A DNA stretch of 53,194 nt from Vicinamibacteria bacterium (lineage in GTDB: Bacteria > Acidobacteriota > Vicinamibacteria > Vicinamibacterales > UBA8438). The stretch is taken from positions 1 through 53,194 of the forward strand of contig CAUZAY010000002.1 in assembly GCA_963577695.1 (NCBI GenBank), written 5' to 3'. This document shows positions 8,391 through 15,708 of this stretch, piece after piece; positions within the stretch are counted from its first letter, which is position 1; every line of letters starts with the position of its first letter. The translations under genes were made by a program, and so were the position numbers. The notes below the pieces were generated by a model. The model was given only the letters and a program-made list of their open reading frames with translations. It did no database searches and was not told where the DNA came from.

Positions 8391-10355
8391 TCACGGCAAC
8401 GCAAAGGCGATGAGTTCGCCCGGGTGGGTGCCGGCACCAACGGCCAGCACGAGATACTGGCGCCCGTCGATCATATAGGTCATCGGCGACCCGGTTTGCG
8501 CGGCAGGAATCGGCACCGCGCCCAGTTCCTCCCCCGTCGCCTTGTCATAGGCGCGCACCATGGCGCCCCGTTCGCCCGACGGCATGGTGATGGTGCCGCC
8601 CTCTCCGCTGATGACCAAGGTTCGCGTCGTCAGGGTGCCGATACCACCGGAGCTGCCACCGGCCCCGCCCGTGCGGCCGGTGCGCGGAATGTCGAGACCA
8701 CGGAGCGAGGGATGGTTGCGCACGCGATCCGGTGTCTCACCGTGGGCCACCTGCCACACGATTTCCCCCGCATTGAGGTCGATGGCCGTAATTCGGCCCC
8801 AGGGCGGCCGCAGCAACGGGAGCCCGCGCACCGTCAAGGGGCGGCCCCGACCGTTCACATACTCCATATCTGAGCGCTCGGCGTCTGGTTGGACGAGACC
8901 GACCGAACGGGTCAGGGTGTGCGAGTAGACATACATGATGCCAGACTCTGGGTCATACGACCCGCCCGGCCAGTTGGCCCCGTTCGGCACGAACAGCGTC
9001 CCCAGCAGCCCGCCGTCGCCGGCCGCGATCGGCGGGGTGAAGACCGGTCCGGTACGATACTGCGACACGAATTCGAGCGCCTCAGCCTTCAGCTCCGGCG
9101 TGAAGTCGATCAGCTCGTCGACCGGGAAGCCCTGCCGCTCGAACGGCGGCGGCTTGGTCGGGAATGGCTGCGTCGGCGCATACCACTCACCCGGCACGGT
9201 GCCCGCTGGCACGGGCCGTTCCTCGATGGGCCACACCGGCTCGCCGGTGAGACGGTCGAAGACATACACCCAGCCTTGCTTGGTCGGTTGCGCCACCGCC
9301 TGAATCTGCCGACCATCGACGGTGATATCGACCAGGATCGGCGGACAGGGGACGTCGTAGTCCCAGATGGGATGGTGCACGAACTGAAAGTGCCAGCGAC
9401 GCTCGCCAGTTTCGATGTCGACAGCTACCAGGCTCTCACCGAACAAATTATCGCCGGGTCGATGCCCCCCGTAGTAGTCGCCAGTCGGGATCTCGACCGG
9501 GAGGTAGGCCAGACCGAGTTCGGCATCCACCGTCATGTTGGTCCAGACCCCGGTGTTGCCGGTGTAGACAGCTGAGTCGCTCAACCAGGTGTCACGCCCG
9601 TATTCGCCCGCGGTCGGGATCGTGTGGAAGATCCAGCGTCGTTCACCGGTGCGGACGTCGAAACCTCGAATGTAGCCCTTCACGTTCTCCCGGCTTGGCG
9701 GGGCGCTGCCCGCGCGATGCGCGGCGCCCACGATGACGACATCACGGGCGACCGTTGGGGCACCGTTCCACCCAATCTCACCAGACAGCGGGTCGATGAC
9801 CTGGTCGTTGTACAGCTTGAGGTCGACGATGCCGTCGACCCCGAACGTCGGCACGGGCCGACCCGTCTCGGCGTCCAACGCGACGAGCTGATAGCCGATG
9901 GTCACGACGTAGATACGCGAGTCACCCTCGCCGTCGGTCCAATAGCCGACGCCGCGGCCAGACATACGGCGAATCGCGTTGCCGGCCCGCTCTCCCTCAT
10001 CGATACGGTAGAGCCACAGCAGCTCGCCGGTCGTCCCGTCCAGGGCCACCACATCCCGGCGGCTCCCCGCGGTCGCGTAGAGGACGCCATCGACCATGAG
10101 CGGCGTGGTCTGATAATTGAAGTCCGGGAACGCCCCGAAGTTCACGGCACTGAATCGCCACGCCACCTCGAGATCATTGAAGTTGTCGCCGTCAATCTGG
10201 TCGAGCGCCGCGTATCGCGTGCTGCCAAGATCTCCGCCATAGGTTTGCCACTGACCGTCGGCCGCTCCAGACTGGGCCGACGCAACCGGGGAGCCGCCCG
10301 ACAGCGCCAGCACGACCACCAGCGACCCGCCAACCCAACCCAGTCCGTATCTCAT
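8391..10355 (-). CDS. Soluble PQQ-dependent quinoprotein dehydrogenase, paralog C
   Basis: ORF 8391..10454 trimmed to ATG 10353-10355 (RBS GGAGGA). Signal MRYGLGWVGGSLVVVLALSGGSPVASAQS. Motifs WQTYGGDLGSTRYAALDQI, FVHHPIWDYDVP, PVWPIEERPVP. Confidence 0.9.
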   Translation of the reverse strand: MRYGLGWVGGSLVVVLALSGGSPVASAQSGAADGQWQTYGGDLGSTRYAALDQIDGDNFNDLEVAWRFSAVNFGAFPDFNYQTTPLMVDGVLYATAGSRRDVVALDGTTGELLWLYRIDEGERAGNAIRRMSGRGVGYWTDGEGDSRIYVVTIGYQLVALDAETGRPVPTFGVDGIVDLKLYNDQVIDPLSGEIGWNGAPTVARDVVIVGAAHRAGSAPPSRENVKGYIRGFDVRTGERRWIFHTIPTAGEYGRDTWLSDSAVYTGNTGVWTNMTVDAELGLAYLPVEIPTGDYYGGHRPGDNLFGESLVAVDIETGERRWHFQFVHHPIWDYDVPCPPILVDITVDGRQIQAVAQPTKQGWVYVFDRLTGEPVWPIEERPVPAGTVPGEWYAPTQPFPTKPPPFERQGFPVDELIDFTPELKAEALEFVSQYRTGPVFTPPIAAGDGGLLGTLFVPNGANWPGGSYDPESGIMYVYSHTLTRSVGLVQPDAERSDMEYVNGRGRPLTVRGLPLLRPPWGRITAIDLNAGEIVWQVAHGETPDRVRNHPSLRGLDIPRTGRTGGAGGSSGGIGTLTTRTLVISGEGGTITMPSGERGAMVRAYDKATGEELGAVPIPAAQTGSPMTYMIDGRQYLVLAVGAGTHPGELIAFALP

Positions 10356-10532
10356 GCCTCGTCCTCCACCTACGGCGTGTGCCCGAATGCGAGCAGTCTT
10401 GCACAGTCGGTCGTCGGCGCCAACCGCGTCCGGGCCCGGGTTTGCGACAGCCACAGCTTCATGGTTGAATTCGCGGGTGCCTCGGCCTCAGCAAGCGCCC
10501 GAGTTCGCCCCACGCACCGCGACTGACGCCCA

Positions 10533-11906
10533 ATGACGCCACGCATCAGATGGCACCGGTCATCGTTTCGGCTCTTGCCACCCGGTCTCCTCATCGTAAC
10601 GCTGGCGTGCGCCCCCGCGCCGACGCCGCCCCAAGTCACCACGACCGCCACCTGGTTCGAGGGCGCTACCCTGATCGATGGCACGGGCGGCGAGCCGATC
10701 GCAGCCGCCGCCTTCTTGGTGGAAGACGGTCGGTTTACCTGGGTAGGCCAGGAGGGAGCGCGGAGGGCGCCGGAGGGCGCAGACCGCGTCGACTTACGCG
10801 GCAAGACGGTCATCCCGGCGCTGATCGACGCTCATCAGCATATTGGCCTGACCAACGTCAAGAACGGCACGACCGGTCAGGAGCAGTACACCCGAGCGAA
10901 TCTGAACGAACACCTCGATCGGTTCGCCTATCACGGCGTCGCCGCCACGATGAGCCTGGGACTCGAGGCCGACGAGGGGCTGGCGTTCGCACTGCGAGAC
11001 GAGCCGAGGCCGCGGACAGCGAGGTTTCTCACCTCTGGTCGCGGTATCGCCGCCACGCCGATGGCAGGGCCGCAGCAACCGTATCGCCTGGGGATCCCCC
11101 GAGGAGCCGCTGGTCCAGCCGACGGGCGGGCAGCGGTCCAGGAGCTACGGTCACACGGCGTGGACCTCGTCAAGATCTGGGTCGATGACCGGGGTGGGGC
11201 GGTGCCGAAACTGGGGCCGGATGTGTACCGTGCGATCATCGACGAGGCGCACACCCACGGCCTGCGCGTAGTGGCCCACGTGGGAACGACCAGCGCGCTC
11301 GAAGATGCCAAGGACCTGCTCCGGGCCGGCATCGACGGTTTCGCCCATACGGTCCGCGACCGCGATGTCGACGACGAGTATCTGGCGCTGGTCCGAGCGC
11401 GCCCGGCCGTCTGGACCATCCCCAACCTGCCGGGATCGCCGGTCACGGCGACGGACCTCCCCTGGTTGCGCGAAACGCTGCCGCCGTTCGAGATCGACGC
11501 GTTGCGGCAGCAGGCTGAGAGACTAGCCACCGAGGGGCCCGGCGCACTCTTCGACCTGCAGTGCCGCAACCTCGCGCGGAATCGCGAAGCCGGCATGGTC
11601 ATCGGCATGGGGACGGATTCAGGCACGAGCGTCGCGTGGACTACCCACACCGAGCTGCGTGACATGGTCTCCTGCGGCCTCAGCCCGATGGAGGCGCTAG
11701 TCGCGGCGACTCGGGTCAACGCCGAGTTGATCGGACTCGACGACCTCGGGATGGTCGCGGCGGGACGCAGCGCCTCGTTCGTGGTACTCGACGCCGACCC
11801 GCTGGCCGACATCAACAACACCAGACGTATCTCCGATGTCTATCTGCAGGGCCTGAAGGTCGATCGGGACACGCTCAGAGCCGAGTTCCAGGCGGGCGCA
11901 CCCTAA
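10533..11906 (+). CDS. Metal-dependent amidohydrolase-family protein, lipoprotein-like N-terminus
   Basis: 457 aa. LLIVTLACAP lipobox-like, IPALIDAHQHIG (HxH metal motif), C-terminal GTDSG...ADINNTRRISDVYLQG typical of the amidohydrolase superfamily. Confidence 0.8.
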   Translation: MTPRIRWHRSSFRLLPPGLLIVTLACAPAPTPPQVTTTATWFEGATLIDGTGGEPIAAAAFLVEDGRFTWVGQEGARRAPEGADRVDLRGKTVIPALIDAHQHIGLTNVKNGTTGQEQYTRANLNEHLDRFAYHGVAATMSLGLEADEGLAFALRDEPRPRTARFLTSGRGIAATPMAGPQQPYRLGIPRGAAGPADGRAAVQELRSHGVDLVKIWVDDRGGAVPKLGPDVYRAIIDEAHTHGLRVVAHVGTTSALEDAKDLLRAGIDGFAHTVRDRDVDDEYLALVRARPAVWTIPNLPGSPVTATDLPWLRETLPPFEIDALRQQAERLATEGPGALFDLQCRNLARNREAGMVIGMGTDSGTSVAWTTHTELRDMVSCGLSPMEALVAATRVNAELIGLDDLGMVAAGRSASFVVLDADPLADINNTRRISDVYLQGLKVDRDTLRAEFQAGAP

Positions 11907-11948
11907 CCCGTCGTCCGCTTGTCGGTGATACCGGCCGGGGCTGTGAAC

Positions 11949-12773
11949 TCACGCGGCGGGTGAGGGTCTCTCGACCAGGCATTCAGGCGGCAGGCCGAAC
12001 GTCGCCACGATCTCCGTCCAGGTGACGAACCCGAGGAAATGGCGGGCCAAGTCGGCGCGTGGTGCACCGTCGAGGTGTGGGTAACTGCCAGCAAGCGTGT
12101 TCGTAGCGTGGGCCAGCGCGGCGACGCCGTCGGCTTCCTCGTCTACCGCCAGTATCACTCCGAATGCTCTGTCTCCGGCGAACTCCTTCGCCGCTTCGAC
12201 ATTGCGCCACACCCGGCTACGCGATGGAAACCACAACGTCGACGGGGGCACCGGTTCGGTGGGTCGATCCTCGACGAACAGCACGCACGCCTCGGTGCTC
12301 AGGCAACAGTCGACACGTAGGAACCCCTCGAACGCCCACCACTTCCTTCGACCGCGCTGGGCCAATCGCTTCCCGAACTGCCTGAGACCCTCGTCTCGCG
12401 CCTCGCTGACAAGACGCTCATCGTCAGAAAACAGCTTGCCGCGCCAGCGCTGGGCGTCAGCGCTCTTCGCACCGAAATTGCTGGGATCACGCACCTCCAT
12501 CATCTGAGGATTGTCGAGCAACCAGCGCAGAAACGCCGCTGGCGGGGCAACCGCGCGCTGGTAGACCGCGCCCTGACGGGCATCCCGATCCGACCGCGTC
12601 TCTGACGTGGGCAACGCCCCCATCTCAGCCGGTGGTGGCACGGCCACCGCCTCTCGGGTGAGCGCCGCCATCTCCCACAATCCCCTCAGCCACGGATGTC
12701 CGTCCGCCGCCTGGTCACGCAGCGCATCGAACACCGGCTGCACTCTGGTCAAGCCCATATCGCGGTCGCTCAC
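11949..12773 (-). CDS. Hypothetical protein, no family recognised (possible PD-(D/E)xK-like core)
   Basis: 274-aa ORF. GTG 12771-12773 is preceded by AGGAGCGAGGA (alternative ATG at 12758). The stretch WWAFEGFLRVDCCLSTEACVLFVEDRPTE ... RVWRNVEAA resembles an E/D...(D/E)x(K/R) nuclease core, but this is a by-eye impression only. Confidence 0.5.
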   Translation of the reverse strand: MSDRDMGLTRVQPVFDALRDQAADGHPWLRGLWEMAALTREAVAVPPPAEMGALPTSETRSDRDARQGAVYQRAVAPPAAFLRWLLDNPQMMEVRDPSNFGAKSADAQRWRGKLFSDDERLVSEARDEGLRQFGKRLAQRGRRKWWAFEGFLRVDCCLSTEACVLFVEDRPTEPVPPSTLWFPSRSRVWRNVEAAKEFAGDRAFGVILAVDEEADGVAALAHATNTLAGSYPHLDGAPRADLARHFLGFVTWTEIVATFGLPPECLVERPSPAA

Positions 12774-12845
12774 GCTGTCCTCGCTCCTACTGCGTCAACG
12801 GTCCTGGTGTCCTTGGCGAATCCATTCTCCACGACACCCTGCCGA

Positions 12846-12851
12846 TATAAT
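12846..12851 (+). promoter_or_regulatory. Candidate -10 box TATAAT inside the recurrent promoter-like module (12836-12860)
   Basis: ACCCTGCCGATATAATCCAGCCACT matches 42372-42396 at 21/25 positions. Confidence 0.35.
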
Positions 12852-12927
12852 CCAGCCACTGCGACACTTGCCGCCCTCTGGCACTCAACATGTCGACCCG
12901 TCGACGCCGGTCTGAACGGGAGTATTC

Positions 12928-13098
12928 ATGTCCCCCATCTCACATCTGTCACCCATGAAACGGCGTGAGTTCCTGAAGACCGTGGGCGCGGACATCGGCG
13001 AGACCCGAAACGTCTACGATCAGTTCCCCGAAGTGGTCGAGCGCCTGGATGTTCTGCTTGAAAGCTACAAACAACGTGGCCGCAGCACACCCGGGTAG
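12928..13098 (+). pseudogene. Sulfatase remnant: Tat-type signal start fused directly to the last ~35 residues
   Basis: 56-codon ORF, below the track cutoff: MSPISHLSPMKRREFLKTVGADIGETRNVYDQFPEVVERLDVLLESYKQRGRSTPG*. MKRREFLKTVGA is a twin-arginine signal start. D(I)GETxNvyxxxPEVVxrLxxLLexYxxxGRSTPG is the typical arylsulfatase C-terminus. The ~450-aa catalytic body is missing. Confidence 0.55.
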
Positions 13099-13109
13099 GC
13101 GCGGGCCCT

Positions 13110-13814
13110 TCAATTCACCGGGTTTGTCGCGAAGACGGTCAGCTCGGTGGTGAAGCCTCGATCGTCCATCTCGAGTACCGCCTTGACCATGTGGGCGATG
13201 TCCTCGACCTGAAGCTTCGAGGGATGGTCGGCCTGCTCGAACCCGGCGCTGGCGGCGAAGTCAGTAATGACCTCGCTCGGATTGACCTGCATCACGCGCA
13301 CGTTGTGCTTCCGGAGTTCGGCGCGCCAGCACTCAGTCATGCCGCGTAGGGCGAACTTGCTCGTCATGTAGGCGGTGCCACCGGGCGCGCCCCGCAGCGA
13401 CGCGGTCGACGCGATGTTGACGATGTGACCGGCGTTCCGGGCGACGAAGAGTTTCGCCGCCTCGCGGCCCATCAGCATGGCGCCGGTCACGTTGGTAGCG
13501 ATGACCCGTTCGAAGCTGTCGAGATCCATCTCGACCAATGGCTTGAAGACGCCCATGCCAGCGTTGTTGATCAGGATGTCGAGGTCACCGAACGCGTCGA
13601 GCACCTCGCGGCAGGTGCGTTCGACGTCCGCCTCTTTCGACACGTCGCCCTGGATCGCGTGCGCGCCAATGGCCTTGGCCGTCTGCTCGAGCTTCGCCCG
13701 ATCCCGTCCTGTGATCGCGACCTTGGCGCCGGCGGCGATGAGTGATTCGGCGACCGCCCGGCCAATGCCGACACTACCGCCGGTCACGAGCGCAATCTTG
13801 TCGGTGAGATTCAT
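13110..13814 (-). CDS. Short-chain dehydrogenase/reductase (SDR)
   Basis: ORF 13110..14114 trimmed to ATG 13812-13814. MNLTDKIALVTGGSVGIGRAVA (TGxxxGIG), NNAG, and S...YxxxK (YMTSKFAL). Confidence 0.85.
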   Translation of the reverse strand: MNLTDKIALVTGGSVGIGRAVAESLIAAGAKVAITGRDRAKLEQTAKAIGAHAIQGDVSKEADVERTCREVLDAFGDLDILINNAGMGVFKPLVEMDLDSFERVIATNVTGAMLMGREAAKLFVARNAGHIVNIASTASLRGAPGGTAYMTSKFALRGMTECWRAELRKHNVRVMQVNPSEVITDFAASAGFEQADHPSKLQVEDIAHMVKAVLEMDDRGFTTELTVFATNPVN

Positions 13815-13881
13815 GTCGTTCAGTGTATCGCGGCCGTCGCGGCGACCGTCTGACCGCCGGTGGTGACCGTACGCTAAAGGC

Positions 13882-14385
13882 CTACCGCAACAATGGCGGC
13901 TGTGGGGATCGGGGCCGGAGGTTCGAGGCCTCCTCGGGAAGAGGCCTCGGGTCACGGGCCCAGCGCCGATGGCGCTCCACGTCCTCCACGTCCGCCTCGA
14001 AGCACCGCCGACCCGCGAGGTGTCGCCAGAATTCGCGTCCCTCGGACGCTCCGGTCGCCATGTCGAAGCGCGCGCACAACTCGAACGTCGATGTGGAGAG
14101 CGTCCGGTACTCATACCGGTCAGCCGTCACCGGGTCCTCAAAGCCCGGAACGTCGCTGCCGGCCTCGGTCAACGCGGCCAGCGACGGCGGAAGCACACCC
14201 TCACGCGTCCAGTACAGGTCGACTCGGTCGGCAAACCGACGCAGGTCCTCGACCCGACGCTCGTCGACGCGTCGGCTGCGTTCCGCGGCGGGTGACCCGG
14301 CGTACCACAGTCCCAAAGCGACCGCGGCGCCGACCGTACAGACGACAGCGAAACCAACCGTCGTCGACCCCGATGGGCCGGTCAC
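13882..14385 (-). CDS. Hypothetical N-terminally anchored protein
   Basis: 167 aa with one N-terminal TM helix (VGFAVVCTVGAAVALGLWY). VEDLRRFADRVDLYWTREGVLPPSLAALT ... DPVTADRYEY ... FELCARF resembles small pilin-like proteins seen next to DUF5671 genes. ATGA overlap with the upstream gene. Confidence 0.5.
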   Translation of the reverse strand: MTGPSGSTTVGFAVVCTVGAAVALGLWYAGSPAAERSRRVDERRVEDLRRFADRVDLYWTREGVLPPSLAALTEAGSDVPGFEDPVTADRYEYRTLSTSTFELCARFDMATGASEGREFWRHLAGRRCFEADVEDVERHRRWARDPRPLPEEASNLRPRSPQPPLLR

Positions 14386-15029
14386 GGCTGCTCCTCCCGT
14401 TCGTCCCGCCGAAGATCGGACAGATAGAACCAGAAGGCCGTGCCAGCGATGCCGCCAATCGTGAGCACCTTCAAGCAGAAGCGCACCGTCAGTTCGCCGC
14501 CCAGCAGGCTATACACGAGATTGGCCACGTCGCCGATGAGCACCGCCGCCGCGACGAACAGTGTGAGGTAGGTCAGCCAGCGTCGCACCTTTGAGCCGCG
14601 CTTGGCCGGATCGGTCGCGACCTCACCGCCGACTCGCCGCGAGAGCGTCAGGAAGATGGGAAACGCCACGACCAGGTAGGCCACCGACCACCTGGTCGCC
14701 TGCCGGGCCAACTCGGGTGCGAGCGGTGACGCCGCCGGATCCGGGAACATCTGATTGATGAGCTGGAAGCACAGCTGGCCAAGACTGAATGCGCTGATAT
14801 ACAGGGTGGCGAACAACAGCAGATACATGAACGCTTCGCGAGCCGACAGGTATGGCTGCGGCCGCGGAACGGGAACCGGGAACTCCACGTCGGCGTAGCT
14901 CGCGAGCGCGCCTTGCACGTCGCCCAACGCCCACCCCGCCCCCCGCAACACTTCCTCGATACGGCCGCGTGTCGCGCCGTGCGAGAGACCGTCCCGGACA
15001 AAACGCGTCAGCTCTTCGCTCACTGCCAT
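14382..15029 (-). CDS. DUF5671-like integral membrane protein
   Basis: 215 aa. Soluble N-terminal helix bundle (RFVRDGLSHGATRGRIEEVLRGAGW) followed by ~4 TM helices. 4-nt overlap with 13882..14385. Confidence 0.6.
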   Translation of the reverse strand: MAVSEELTRFVRDGLSHGATRGRIEEVLRGAGWALGDVQGALASYADVEFPVPVPRPQPYLSAREAFMYLLLFATLYISAFSLGQLCFQLINQMFPDPAASPLAPELARQATRWSVAYLVVAFPIFLTLSRRVGGEVATDPAKRGSKVRRWLTYLTLFVAAAVLIGDVANLVYSLLGGELTVRFCLKVLTIGGIAGTAFWFYLSDLRRDEREEQP

Positions 15030-15043
15030 GCTGTGTCTCCTGT

Positions 15044-15556
15044 TCAGACTGCGGGTGCCGATGGGGGATCGTCCAATCTCCGTGTCACTGCCCGCACGAC
15101 GTCGACCGCGTGCGCGACGTCCCTGCCCACCATGCCGGTGGCAATCGACGCCGCCCAGTCGTCACCGACAGCCGCGAGCTGCGCCTCTACCTCTTCACCG
15201 TGGGGTGTCAATCGCAGCAGCGGCGACCGCGCATGGTCAGGGTTCGGGTCAAAACGCAGGATGTCGTCCTTCACCAGCAGGTCAGCGACCCGCTGCACGC
15301 TTTGCCGCGACATCCCCATCCGACGCGCGATTTGCGGCACCGTGCGTGTCGCTTCCGCGACCGCACCAATCACCTGCCAGCGAGCCTGTGTCTGTCCCAC
15401 GGGGGCCGTCAACGCGGCACCGTGGCGGAGCAGGGCGCCGTTCAACCGGAACACCTCGAGCACGAGCTGGCGGAGCGCCTCGCCGCTTCCTGACGCGGTC
15501 GAGAGGCCCGAGGCGTCAAACGGAGAGGCAGTGGGGCTGGGCAGGTTCGTCGACAT
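15044..15556 (-). CDS. MarR-family transcriptional regulator
   Basis: ORF 15044..15910 trimmed to ATG 15554-15556. Winged-HTH core TQARWQVIGAVAEATRTVPQIARRMGMSRQSVQRVADLLVKDDIL...DHARSPLLRLTPHG. Confidence 0.85.
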   Translation of the reverse strand: MSTNLPSPTASPFDASGLSTASGSGEALRQLVLEVFRLNGALLRHGAALTAPVGQTQARWQVIGAVAEATRTVPQIARRMGMSRQSVQRVADLLVKDDILRFDPNPDHARSPLLRLTPHGEEVEAQLAAVGDDWAASIATGMVGRDVAHAVDVVRAVTRRLDDPPSAPAV

Positions 15557-15577
15557 AACGACAACATAAGACCATAA

Positions 15578-15593
15578 TGACAATATATTGTCA
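15578..15593. promoter_or_regulatory. Perfect 16-bp palindrome TGACAATATATTGTCA, probable MarR operator
   Basis: Read directly. It sits 22 bp upstream of the marR-family start in a ~45-bp AT-rich patch (with CATAAT at 15573-15578), between the divergent marR operon and the 15709 beta-propeller gene. Confidence 0.55.
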
Positions 15594-15708
15594 ATAAACA
15601 AATCAAGCACAGAGACAAGCGTCGGGGCCGCGCCCTTACCCCGCAACGGGTAAACAGGCTCGCGCTCGTGGTCGTAAATGGACCAGAATAGGCAACGGGA
15701 TCGGTCAG

